This document shows, in pieces, positions 49,801-57,173 of a stretch of 64,000 nt of DNA. Origin of the DNA: Patescibacteria group bacterium (GTDB taxonomy: Bacteria; Patescibacteriota; Patescibacteriia; UM-FILTER-42-10); NCBI GenBank assembly GCA_041666845.1, contig JBAYGC010000004.1, positions 7,965-71,964 on the forward strand, written 5' to 3'. Each line of letters opens with the position of its first letter. Position 1 is the first letter of the stretch. Under the pieces are notes generated by a model. That model saw only the letters and a list, made by a program, of their open reading frames with translations. It had not been told where the DNA came from and ran no database searches. The translations under genes and the position numbers were made by a program.

Positions 49801-50161
49801 CGGAATTACCGGCGTCTAATAATGCCTGACCAAATTGTTTAGTATTGAATAACGGCTTTTGTCCGGCCGCGCCGCTCGCTATCTTCACTGCCGTATCATA
49901 AGCCAACTGTTGGGTAAAAGTCCTTAATGCATTTTTGAAAGCAATGTCCGAAGATTTTTCAACAGCAGAGGTGATGGCTTGCCACAATTTTGCCGGAATG
50001 TCCTGAATAACTGTCGTAAAAGTTACATCACCAACACCAAATAATGCGTTTGCCGGCTTCGGGATAAAAAGAAAAAGTTGTATCAGAAATGTAACAAAAA
50101 TAAAAACACCAATTAGTTTTCCTTTGAAATGGTGTTTAGGATTTTTTTGATCGCCACTCAT
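40817..50161 (-). CDS. Giant (3114 aa) Cys-rich surface protein with CBM-like, two PA14 and PKD-like domains
   Basis: Signal/TM N-terminus; many C..G....G..C....DC motifs; RW.G...DDG...GWHP..IE (PA14) twice; IDWGDG..SHTY. Confidence 0.85.
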   Translation of the reverse strand: MSGDQKNPKHHFKGKLIGVFIFVTFLIQLFLFIPKPANALFGVGDVTFTTVIQDIPAKLWQAITSAVEKSSDIAFKNALRTFTQQLAYDTAVKIASGAAGQKPLFNTKQFGQALLDAGNSAVGDYLDQITSEAWGKSICDINPTLKVSITESINLDLGLPTPGSDRKAKCDVTSIVSKFTDGTLFSADIDLGFAIKGVDPAQLSRTILQEFPNMFGEDTAQVGQYLKIYREAKTEKQKAEEAEAAKQAKDFTALTSIVTGDIKTPAATIEAAQNFALWETTTADKTSTGSIIADMIGTFTNTLVKKYMEYILVKGLNPAADNTGFDQGKFGRSSGIAAAEAKFASFNQPSLSAGGSVDILNKLSSCPTDFAEPENCAIDSSFRTAVEQQLRLEEAIELGYINGDKPFGYGDGGSQLNYQEGYPYRSLVLLRRYRIVPVSWELAASYIREFGGGARSLNDLIKDFNDETSQYYQLIDPDWVLKAPATQCVNSGYNETFLFDEYIDDDGIDETPKVRQIQRNTSCVDDQSCIAEDETGNCLEYGYCTKEDPIWRFNGESCPDYYNTCTTYTDRQGQPASYLATTLDFNGCSADNVGCQWYCKEYNQTDERWECYWDDLNNDDYSAWSDGVVGPSGYVPPAAGASWLSHLTASAETCDASAAGCDEFIRTTNGTNLHTNPSFDYYDNLSVPDDGIADNFDSAWAPVFGAEVEIVTPNTPGDSPYAGNNALILNSGPALTELLVGSAETGSPVSSRTFTVSIYAKKDPNDLASCNNNSRLEIVDAINVPLESVNIDNISSEWQRYVVTYTYPDSFPIGTEHVAFEIAPDSGCNLLLDATMVEESKIASEYVDYGAINKVYLNGERDTCDPLDVGCQFYTPLLSGDPVPAQIRPSDECSAEDVGCKAFEEVKLTTVMPDPNNIERSGQYCYGGPNEGEACLINADCGTGACLPVISFIPDTGEQCSAAYVGCEEYTNLDEVAAGGEGIEYYSFLKQCVPTNSANIDTYYAWEGDAVAGYQLRSFRLKQSNIVYTGGPVEVGNAPCTHLNVDPNPTNLTCADTNANIQADSECSAVYGTDPDCTQFFDASLHVFYRYKSMTISVTDDCHPERNSIDGDTYYGTPSESRSCPAQYAGCREYLGNSGYNYRQIFSDDFEDGTTMSWAPGTVSNNSIIVGGHSLNTNANTEKPVTLEDGKTYELKFWGRSDSASDNMYIKFNTAIGAVGGDNWFADQSGTTFPPEVWLTPEWQEFRLGPVTINTSDTALWSGLPTALQFQNVGSQIYLDNIELVETTTNRYLVRGSYDTCYGSENCEAYSDVDSNIHYLMSFSKLCSEDTVGCEALIDTANTRSPYAEEFGDPAQTLSHVITPDDSLVTVINNPDNYCSADNQGCSRLGLPNFDEENNLISYEDVYLKDNAAEYDNIWCDNSESGCEEYGFSGGGGKTYFKQPIDGRTCEYKQLQGSYDFDWYISGTETPCETTPTPPSPAIPAFVCEGGTPAAAPNTICNPDDAVPCADSARCVPWVGLCDSKADGCTAYSDPLDPIGCQPLCPYEGDTVLFDENCVVTPGGLPGCSTYYNIKSSVDSTSCNGVVNAEKGCVLFSDTTQSLNYTADLSPDGQEFYCDLGNPVTYGNDCDVDADCGAGGLCIENPEFGPPVLGRFGTCIGGTNPNDLCTSGGAECLGGGACSLYTAGGSPIADSNTVLKVKRDRVCDEWLYCKTSFEVDDNTDLDGDGKTKEDVCFEIGLCDELGSNGSCISTIDPGPTNVTGDTAAYPLDEFQNLSGYVSAGLQYGCRDDHSVDCTVATEATTCAGLGDKCDIIEGYYPYSEMYEVGLGGAITKDLVRFGDFESNALSRFMVCDENMDNKDTSCVVDENCVPDENLTAIPNCITAEEEGSWTAIFPDLDSSVSVVEGPETVGNSALDENNYLLYSAGSQGVCDDLSTNQGTICTVAGGECVIGSCEFTGLGIKTSLGTNILNNTEYIASLDFRFENLPEAGQETISVSLAQFENGNIVGENFLGYFDGSTGWEQQVLKPVRINGIPDENAETFLLIRNMGGNVSFSVDNVSMKPALAVKASDSPGIRGDFYTFVYQPSSTSVSGLNEECFTDGNLTTACPGNPYIVPKINWYEPCIACNAGDTALCTLCGNGDATVTIPGEMDPLVPDNADFIVANSSGRWEGGINIPTSGYQTLFFNVNDGVRIWVDDMAAGSEIVSAWGSIPTLGYMWSQYFTAGWHPVKIEFTNGGGYGGVQMGRTSGQWNPTNCGGGIPDAFCINYAWDQNGDGVISPLTEGMLFPTYNRITAIPSNYLIPQVELTTELELVFGNYLGTYVSDYLNYDNASMPTLLNDNAGATEMVAVRWAGKLLVENTGNHLFNLVVDDGYKFFIDDLTVPVQENWTDGVHNDSFTVNGLDAGWHPIMIEYYQKLGNSSMQFNWQPPGAPAITAVPAENLSTTDGDQKYLIRSCRAYPREDSEVCQYTNSDLVQFNGWQGYCIETDPTNPDKCITWWPVDVISGESSVFGTVDPAGYKGRRPLYMCVEATGNYDDTTLLVGNDDENSLCGASNIVTDLVGKVAGYRRNLVTNFTHAGDIEETCDGDDSGCGSLEDLGWCENYDGQRPLSDNAWGFCSCRGGGGINTTVLAQGSDRTYHDWEIDRIEWVQQRSSHSDWPGGGATWIANAENDWDISWDGNDNHLRIKTNFSATDHTIDNYYVYMEDGSGGSGGMWVMGYVYLRDVCTEVAKVASISDDKAWAQRTANTSSYQIRDILYKYNENAAPFGAIVAGQGDDPGSTWDSSVSDGMQPLYIENFDSTPTPPVNNTRAGSPYSCDGDCVPKVCMGGSYDTVHRGTQYACTTDADCGGEDGNRGVCVGLGYCSGDVTKYCTDDAYCTSVNAGSCVGAAARNAGDGVNQATGFDGNVWAVDNLQRIFAYVYDAWFWDVDTATYEKINPANPSWNYVWNNEFNHMPLCNTDGAGPRPTWPPDNDYCAILPAIDNVLINGADGDVELFGGGSITLSFTSFVDPEQEALKNIVIDWGDGSTSSIVWNGAPKSDPSQPHLFSHTYDEPGATQIYNIEIMLKDNWGFCNDQNSATPGLRPCDINSTTQNYQEFNGTITVQPS

Positions 50162-50194
50162 ATTTCTTATAGAAATAATTAAACTCCCGAGATA

Positions 50195-50983
50195 TTATAA
50201 CCCCTCTTGCAACGCTTGCGTGTATAAAAGCAGTAGAGTCTCATCATCTACCTGGCTCAAATCCGATTCACTCACTCCGCTACTAATAAGTAGCTGCCTG
50301 ATTTGCGTCGCATCCAGTTTTTGTAAAGCATCTACCGTAATCTCTTGCCCGGCAGAATCACTTGGCACTCCGGTGTTGGTATTCTTAAGATCATTGATAT
50401 CAATGCCGGTATCAGTGACTGTATCCTGGTAAACAGATTTGAGTGTCGCGTCATCCATGGCATCCACGATATTTGCCGGCGCACCTAGCTCTTTCAATGT
50501 CGCTCTCAAATCCGCGGAAGAAATATCAGCTGTCACAGTTGCACTATTAGTTGAACTGTTAATATTCGTGTTTCCGGCAACCGGGGTGATCACACAAGTC
50601 TTACCCTTTGGACAGTTTGGATCACTTCCGCTGTCTAACTCGTCTTTGTCTGTAATATTATCTCCATCAGAATCCGCTAAATACGGACTAGTCTCATAAA
50701 TATTGAGCTCATCATAATCATTTAACCCATCCTGATCCGTATCTTTGCCCTTCAGAAAGACCAACTGAACATCTTCTGATGTACTATTTACTAACGAATT
50801 ATCAGTGCTATCGCTATTATCACCAGATAATGGAGCCTTAATAGTGCCAGTAATCTGGAACACACCCAGAATCATTGCACTAAAACCAATAAATAAAACG
50901 GCTCCAAAAATTATACTCTGACGCTTTTGGGAATCGATTTGTGACTTTTTGTTTTGATTTTCCTGGGGTGAGACTATATCCAT
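50195..50983 (-). CDS. Membrane-anchored thrombospondin type-3 (Ca-binding) repeat protein
   Basis: DTDQDGLNDYDEL...TSPYLADSDGD...DPNCP; start moved to MDIVS because the promoter overlaps the longer ORF start. Confidence 0.8.
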   Translation of the reverse strand: MDIVSPQENQNKKSQIDSQKRQSIIFGAVLFIGFSAMILGVFQITGTIKAPLSGDNSDSTDNSLVNSTSEDVQLVFLKGKDTDQDGLNDYDELNIYETSPYLADSDGDNITDKDELDSGSDPNCPKGKTCVITPVAGNTNINSSTNSATVTADISSADLRATLKELGAPANIVDAMDDATLKSVYQDTVTDTGIDINDLKNTNTGVPSDSAGQEITVDALQKLDATQIRQLLISSGVSESDLSQVDDETLLLLYTQALQEGL

Positions 50984-51027
50984 AACTCGTTTGTGGAGTG
51001 TATAATAGCTCAAAATTACGCGCCCCA

Positions 51028-51056
51028 ATTATATCATAATAACCCCAAAGTGTCAA
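51028..51056 (-). promoter_or_regulatory. Consensus sigma70 promoter for the TSP3-giant protein-VirB6 operon
   Basis: Minus strand TTGACA-17-TATAAT with TGa extension. Confidence 0.8.
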
Positions 51057-51098
51057 ACTATGTATAACTAACTACCCTGAATCTCCCAGGATAAGCCA

Positions 51099-51971
51099 TT
51101 ATTCTAATATTTTCGCTAATATTAGACCCATTGTCAGACTTTTCCAGTCATTTATTGTGATATCCTGCGGTCTTAATTCTGGTTTTATACCATTTTCAGA
51201 TAAAATTCCCTTAATTTTCTGCGCGTCAGCGTGAAAACTATTGGTTAAATTGTTGTGAATCTGCTTGCGTTTGGCTGAAAAACCCCCTTTTACCACCTGA
51301 AAAAACTGTTTTTGGGTGAAGTTATAGCCATTTTGTGTATTTTCTTCCTTGATCTGTTTATCACTCTTAATCCCCTCAATCATGATCACTGAACTATCCA
51401 CCTTTGGTTTTGGCCAAAAGCAGTCTTTAGACACTGCTCTTACAATGCGTGGATTACCGAAATATTGCACAGAAACCGCCAAAAGACTCAATTCGGAAGG
51501 CTTGGCAGTAATTCTTTCCGCCACTTCCTTTTGAATCAATACTGACATTGTTTTAGGCTTTGGATCCTGCTCCAGAAATTTTCTCAAGACATATGAAGTA
51601 ATGTTATATGGAATATTCGCGACAATTTTGTATTGCTCACCCCCCATCAGTTTACTGACATCCATTTTGATAATATCCTGATGAATTACTTCAATCGCCG
51701 GAAAAGATTTTTCTAATTTTTTAAGTGCCGGGATAAATCTTTTTTCCAGCTCTACCGCCCAGACTTTATTGACCTTCTCCGCCAGTTTCTTTGTTAATGG
51801 CCCGAAGCCGGCGCCGATCTCCAGTACATTGTCATCAGGTTTAAGTTGTGCCGAATCAACAATCGCATCCAACACCTCTTCGTCAACTAAAAAATTCTGT
51901 CCGCTCTCCCGCTGAGGACGGATGCCGAAGTTCTTAGTCAGATATTTTATTTCCGCTTCTAGATTATTCAA
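51099..51971 (-). CDS. rsmA: 16S rRNA m6,2A dimethyltransferase
   Basis: GQNFL, VLEIGAGFG, ANIPYNIT, QKEVAER, F.PKPKVDS, F..KRK. Confidence 0.95.
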   Translation of the reverse strand: MNNLEAEIKYLTKNFGIRPQRESGQNFLVDEEVLDAIVDSAQLKPDDNVLEIGAGFGPLTKKLAEKVNKVWAVELEKRFIPALKKLEKSFPAIEVIHQDIIKMDVSKLMGGEQYKIVANIPYNITSYVLRKFLEQDPKPKTMSVLIQKEVAERITAKPSELSLLAVSVQYFGNPRIVRAVSKDCFWPKPKVDSSVIMIEGIKSDKQIKEENTQNGYNFTQKQFFQVVKGGFSAKRKQIHNNLTNSFHADAQKIKGILSENGIKPELRPQDITINDWKSLTMGLILAKILE

Positions 51972-51988
51972 AATATATTTATTTACAA

Positions 51989-52600
51989 TTAAACAACAAC
52001 ACTCCCTTTTCTCAATATAATTATTTTACTGGATGCGACTTTTACGATAGTTGAAGGTTTAACTTCCGGCAGTTTGCCCGCATCCACTACCAAATCAATT
52101 TTTTGATCAAACCCGTGAATTTGTTTCTTAATCGCGCTGACAGAATAACACTCTTTTCCCTTTGACTGATTTGCGCTGGTGCTGATTATCGGTCGACCTA
52201 ATTCATCGGCAATTGTGCGGGCAATTTTATTCCCGGACACTCTTACTGCCAAACTCGGTTTTCTGGCAGTAAGCATTGCTGGAATATTTTTTTTCTTTTT
52301 TAATACTAACGTCAAGGCGCCCGGCCAGAATTTTTTCGCAAGTAGAAGTGATGGGGAATTAAACATAACAAACTTTCTGGCCTGTTTTAAATCACCGACA
52401 ATTACAGGTAGTGGAAGCTTTACTGATCGTCTTTTTATGGCGTAAATCTTTTTTATTACTTCTTTGTTCAGAGCATCGCCACCTACGGCATAGGCGGTTT
52501 CCGTCGGATAGACAATTACACTACCAGATTTCAGATGCGCGACAATTTTATTTAGCGTTTGTTTGGAAAGTCTATTATTTTGGACAGAAACAGTCTCCAT
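51989..52600 (-). CDS. tsaC: L-threonylcarbamoyladenylate synthase (Sua5/YrdC)
   Basis: PTETAYAVG, IKRR, FWPGALT, STSANQS, PSTIV. Confidence 0.93.
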   Translation of the reverse strand: METVSVQNNRLSKQTLNKIVAHLKSGSVIVYPTETAYAVGGDALNKEVIKKIYAIKRRSVKLPLPVIVGDLKQARKFVMFNSPSLLLAKKFWPGALTLVLKKKKNIPAMLTARKPSLAVRVSGNKIARTIADELGRPIISTSANQSKGKECYSVSAIKKQIHGFDQKIDLVVDAGKLPEVKPSTIVKVASSKIIILRKGSVVV

Positions 52601-52606
52601 GAATTT

Positions 52607-53770
52607 CTATAATACATTAATGAATAATGATACTAGGGCGGCTAGTGGAAAGGCTAAACCCATGCCCCCCAGGGCAATTACTAAAAGCATAAAGCTCAAT
52701 ATTATAACTCGCCCCAAACCGATAGCCATTTCGCGCAGTACCGTATATTCATCAACATAATGGCCGGAATCAGCCGCTTTTTCATACATCAACGCGTCAA
52801 ATGGAGTGCGCATCACAATAGTTGCAAAACTGTGGTATGTCGACGCGATAAAGATTTGGAAACCGGTAGTAACAAAAGTTTTAATCAGCCAACCAACCGC
52901 ATACAAAATAGAGCCGGTACGCATCAGTTTCTTTTTGCGCATCTGATCTGTATATTTCCCCATTCCCAATTGAATAATAATAGTCAGCAACACAACTACC
53001 GAGGAGATGATGCCGATCATCAGATATTTGCCATCTAGAATTTGCCAGACAAAGATCGGCCATAAAACAACCCCGACCGAATTTTCCGCCCCATCCGCGC
53101 CGTAAGCTAGAAGCATTCTCCGGTTTTTTTTATGAAAAAGTTTTTTGAATGTTTCGAAGTAACCGAAGCTGTACTTCTCATAAACCGCCCTGGTTAAAAG
53201 AAACGGGATCAATGACAGAGTGATCAGAATAATTACTACCACAAACAGTATTTGAAAATTAAACTGGTCCAAAATAAATCCGCCGGCAAACGGAACGGCA
53301 ATGCTGACCAGCGATGCGATTGCCGCCAGAAAGCTGATTTGCTTCCCTCGGTTGCGCCGGTCCGTGAATTCGGCAAAGTCAGTGTGGTACGGAACCCAGT
53401 AAAACATCCGGTAGATTGTGAGAAAAACCAAAGAGGCAATTGTAAATACCCAGATATTGGATTCAAAATAATAAAAACAGACGTAATGTAAAACCAAAAA
53501 AGGAATGCTCAAAATGAGCGTCTTTTTCAGATTTATCCTGGACATTACACGGGCGCCGATCGGACAAGTGAAAAAATAGGCTAGATACCCTATTAAAAAA
53601 TAATAGATAACGTAGTAAATATTTTTGTCATATACCAGGTAAAGAAAAACGGGCAAAAAAAGCCCGAGCATTCCATTCGCCACCTGCAGAATCACCCGAT
53701 TCATATACAGCGAAATCACTCCTGAAGAAAGTTCGCTCTTCAGATAGAATTTTGAAAAAAATCCGCTCAT
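52607..53770 (-). CDS. MFS transporter
   Basis: About 12 hydrophobic segments, GKYTD..RKK loop; start set at MSGFF to avoid overlap with leuS. Confidence 0.8.
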   Translation of the reverse strand: MSGFFSKFYLKSELSSGVISLYMNRVILQVANGMLGLFLPVFLYLVYDKNIYYVIYYFLIGYLAYFFTCPIGARVMSRINLKKTLILSIPFLVLHYVCFYYFESNIWVFTIASLVFLTIYRMFYWVPYHTDFAEFTDRRNRGKQISFLAAIASLVSIAVPFAGGFILDQFNFQILFVVVIILITLSLIPFLLTRAVYEKYSFGYFETFKKLFHKKNRRMLLAYGADGAENSVGVVLWPIFVWQILDGKYLMIGIISSVVVLLTIIIQLGMGKYTDQMRKKKLMRTGSILYAVGWLIKTFVTTGFQIFIASTYHSFATIVMRTPFDALMYEKAADSGHYVDEYTVLREMAIGLGRVIILSFMLLVIALGGMGLAFPLAALVSLFINVL

Positions 53771-53771
53771 C

Positions 53772-56700
53772 TTATTTGACCACAATATTTAACAGCTTGC
53801 CCGGTACAAATATTTTCTTGACGACTTGCTTATCTGCAATCAATTCCTGAATTTTACTGCTTTGCTCTAAATATTGTAGCACATCTTCCTCCGTAACGTC
53901 AGCCGGCATCAGGCATTTATCTTTCAGCTTGCCGTTGATTTGTATCACAAACTCAATTTTCTGGTCTTTAACCAGTCTCGGATCAAATTTCGGCCAGGAT
54001 TCCAGATGGATAGATTTATTGTTTCCCAGTTGTAACCATAATTCTTCAGTTAAATGTGGTGCAAATGGGGATAATATCAGTAATAATTTTTCAAATGTAA
54101 TCTTATCAATCTTCCTTGCTCCCTGCATTTCATTGACCAAAATCATTAAAGCTGAGACAGCCGTATTAAACCGGAATTCATTGATGTCTTCCGTTACCTT
54201 TTTAATCGTTTTATGCAGTAGACTCTTTATCTTTTCATCAACACCCTTAACCCCTAATCCCTTAGCCCTTAATCCTAATAAATAAACTTTATCCAAAAAT
54301 CTTCTCACTCCCACAATCCCCTTCGTATCCCAAGGAATCGCCTCGGCAAACGGGCCCATGAACATTTCATACATCCGCAGAGTATCCGCGCCGTATTCTT
54401 TTACCACGTCGTCGGGATTGATTACGTTGCCCAGCGATTTCGACATTTTCTTACCATCTTCCGCTAGCACCATACCGTGTGAAATTCGTTTTTGATATGG
54501 CTCGGATGTCGGCACTAACTTCAAATCGTAAAGCGCTTTGTGCCAGAACCGGGAATATAATAGATGCAGTGTCGTGTGTTCCATCCCGCCGTTGTATAAA
54601 TCAACCGGCGTCCAGTATTTCAATGCTTGCTGTGAAGCAAACTCTTTGTCATTATGCGGATCCGTATAACGCAAGAAATACCAACTGGAACCCGCCCAGT
54701 TCGGCATGGTGTCCGTCTCCCTTTTTGCTTTACCACCACACTTGGGACATTTCACATTCACCCAATCTTTAATTCCCGCCAGCGGTGACTCGCCGGTTTC
54801 TGTCGGTTCGTAGTTTTTAACTTTTGGCAGTTCCACGGGCAAATCTTTTTCCAGCACCGACACGATTCCGCATTTTTCGCAGTGAACTAATGGAATCGGC
54901 TCGCCCCAGTAATGCTGACGGGAAAAAATCCAATCACGGAGTTTATATTGCACTGAAGAATCTGCTAAACCCAATTTCTTTAAATCTTCAATAATCTTTA
55001 CTTTAGCACCCAGTTTACCAAACGAAGTTAATCCATTATATTTGCCTGAATTTATTAAGTTACCTTCCCCAGCAAATACTGACTTATTTGCAACAATTTC
55101 GGGATGTGGTTGATTTTCTGAATGAACAATTATCGGTTCAATTACTTTTATTACTGGCAACTTATACTTCGTTGCAAATTCAAAATCCCGTTCATCATGA
55201 GCCGGTACGGCCATAATCGCGCCAGTGCCATATCCCGTCAGCACATAATCCGCGACCCAAACCGGAATCTCTTCACCACTGGCCGGATTGATTGCTTTGA
55301 CTCCTTTCAGTTCAACCCCGGTTTTGTCTTTTGCCAGATCCGTTCTCTCCAAATCGCTTTTATTCTGGGATGCTTTAATATATTTTTCTACTTCTTCAAA
55401 ATTATTAATTTCCGGTTTCAGCTTCTCCACCAATTCATGTTCCGGCGCCAATACCAGATAGGTCGCACCGAATATCGTATCCGGCCGGGTAGTAAATATT
55501 TTTACCGAAGGAATTAAATCATCCAGCAGTTCCGGCAGTTTTATAATACCTTTGCGTTCATTAAAATGGCCTTTCCCCGGTAGTAGTTTAAAACTCGCTT
55601 CTGGGATGTGCTTCTTATAAAAATCTATCGATTCTGGTGAGATGTATGGATCATCGTCAGAATAATATACCACTACTTTTCTGACATTCTGCTTGATCTT
55701 TTTCCAGTCGAATTTTAAATCAGCAAATTTCTTTATTGCATCCCAATCAGCATGGGGAAATTCTTTGTTTAAGTGTTTCCAATCCTGAAGCGGATTGACC
55801 GGAGCAACCATAATTAGTTGATCAATTTCTCGATTGGTTTCTTGAATAAGATTTAAAGCGGCTGGCGCACCTAGGCTATGGCAGACAATAGTTGAAACAT
55901 CGCTAAAAGAGTCCATAAGAGCTTTTGTCCAATCATTAACTACCGGGTGATCGGTAGCAGGAAGATCGGGTACGCCTACTTGCCACCCTTCTTCTTGTAA
56001 TACATTTTTTAGCCAAGGAAACCAATTCTCCCTTCGATGACCACTTACCCCGTGCACAATTAAACAATGCTTCGTTTTATTCCCCGCTAATCTTGGATAT
56101 TTAATTTTAAAAGATACCTCCGCGCCTTCACTGCGCCCGATCCAGTTGATCTGCTGAGATTTTATCTTTTCCAGATAATCAACCGTATCCAAATCGTCAA
56201 TCAGACGCTGGGCATACTGAGTTATTTTAAACATCCATTGTTTCAAATTCTTTTTGGTTACTTCCGTACCACAGCGCTCGCATTTGCCGTTCACTACTTC
56301 CTCATTAGCTAGTCCGATCTTACAGGAAGGACACCAGTTAATCGGCATTTCACTTTGATAGACCAGTCCTTTCTTATACAGCTGTAAAAAAATCCACTGC
56401 GTCCATTTATAATATTCCGTGTCGGTAGTAACCACTTCTCTGGACCAATCAAAAGAGAGCCCCAGGGATTTTAATTGTGTGCGGAAACGTTCTATATTAT
56501 CTTTAGTAATGTCGGCTGGATTTTTTTTAACCTTAATCGCGTAATTTTCTGTCGGCAGACCGAATGCGTCAAAACCGATGGGGAAAAGGACATTATTGCC
56601 TTCCATCCGTTTTTTGCGCGCCACGATGTCGAGTGCCGTATAACTGCGCGGGTGACCGACATGCAATCCTTCCGCCGAAGGATACGGAAATTCAATCAAA

Positions 56701-56816
56701 CAGTAGAATTTGTCCTTTTTAGGATCGTCTTTTGTCACATAAAGACCGTCCTGACTCCACTTGTCCTGCCACTTTTTTTCGATTAAGTGATGATCGTACT
56801 TCTCTGCCTCGGACAT
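53772..56816 (-). CDS. leuS: Leucine-tRNA ligase with inserted alpha/beta-hydrolase domain
   Basis: FPYPS..GLHVGH, FTTRPDT, GTGAIMAVPAHDERD, DW.FSRQ.YWG.P, KMSKS. Confidence 0.96.
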   Translation of the reverse strand: MSEAEKYDHHLIEKKWQDKWSQDGLYVTKDDPKKDKFYCLIEFPYPSAEGLHVGHPRSYTALDIVARKKRMEGNNVLFPIGFDAFGLPTENYAIKVKKNPADITKDNIERFRTQLKSLGLSFDWSREVVTTDTEYYKWTQWIFLQLYKKGLVYQSEMPINWCPSCKIGLANEEVVNGKCERCGTEVTKKNLKQWMFKITQYAQRLIDDLDTVDYLEKIKSQQINWIGRSEGAEVSFKIKYPRLAGNKTKHCLIVHGVSGHRRENWFPWLKNVLQEEGWQVGVPDLPATDHPVVNDWTKALMDSFSDVSTIVCHSLGAPAALNLIQETNREIDQLIMVAPVNPLQDWKHLNKEFPHADWDAIKKFADLKFDWKKIKQNVRKVVVYYSDDDPYISPESIDFYKKHIPEASFKLLPGKGHFNERKGIIKLPELLDDLIPSVKIFTTRPDTIFGATYLVLAPEHELVEKLKPEINNFEEVEKYIKASQNKSDLERTDLAKDKTGVELKGVKAINPASGEEIPVWVADYVLTGYGTGAIMAVPAHDERDFEFATKYKLPVIKVIEPIIVHSENQPHPEIVANKSVFAGEGNLINSGKYNGLTSFGKLGAKVKIIEDLKKLGLADSSVQYKLRDWIFSRQHYWGEPIPLVHCEKCGIVSVLEKDLPVELPKVKNYEPTETGESPLAGIKDWVNVKCPKCGGKAKRETDTMPNWAGSSWYFLRYTDPHNDKEFASQQALKYWTPVDLYNGGMEHTTLHLLYSRFWHKALYDLKLVPTSEPYQKRISHGMVLAEDGKKMSKSLGNVINPDDVVKEYGADTLRMYEMFMGPFAEAIPWDTKGIVGVRRFLDKVYLLGLRAKGLGVKGVDEKIKSLLHKTIKKVTEDINEFRFNTAVSALMILVNEMQGARKIDKITFEKLLLILSPFAPHLTEELWLQLGNNKSIHLESWPKFDPRLVKDQKIEFVIQINGKLKDKCLMPADVTEEDVLQYLEQSSKIQELIADKQVVKKIFVPGKLLNIVVK

Positions 56817-56989
56817 GCTAATTATCTTCCTTTCAAAACATTAATTTAGACCCTTGTTTACAGTATTTTAACACTTTTTGGCACTTATTGGAATCAACAA
56901 AACGTAGAAAAAATGGGGGTAATCTGTGCATTGGATCAAATATTTTGGCTAATCTAAGCTATTATTTCATCAATTTTTCATAAATTAAT

Positions 56990-57018
56990 TTGACAAATGA
57001 AAGTGACCATGATAGCTT
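56990..57018 (+). promoter_or_regulatory. Putative sigma70 promoter of LysM-M23 gene
   Basis: TTGACA-17-TAGCTT with TGa extension. Confidence 0.5.
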
Positions 57019-57173
57019 ACTGAGTATCCTAAATCGCTCTGAACTAAAACACTGGTTTAGGTAATAAATTATGAAATACTAAAACAACTAATAGCTATTT
57101 TCTAAATCATAGAACATGGCTTTTAATTTGGGAGAAAACGATTAGTATTCAAATCAAAAAAACACTCAGTCAT

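Noticed and set aside
55510-56100. Intein in leuS
   Set aside because: No C/S start, HN-C/S/T end or LAGLIDADG motifs; the insert is an alpha/beta-hydrolase.
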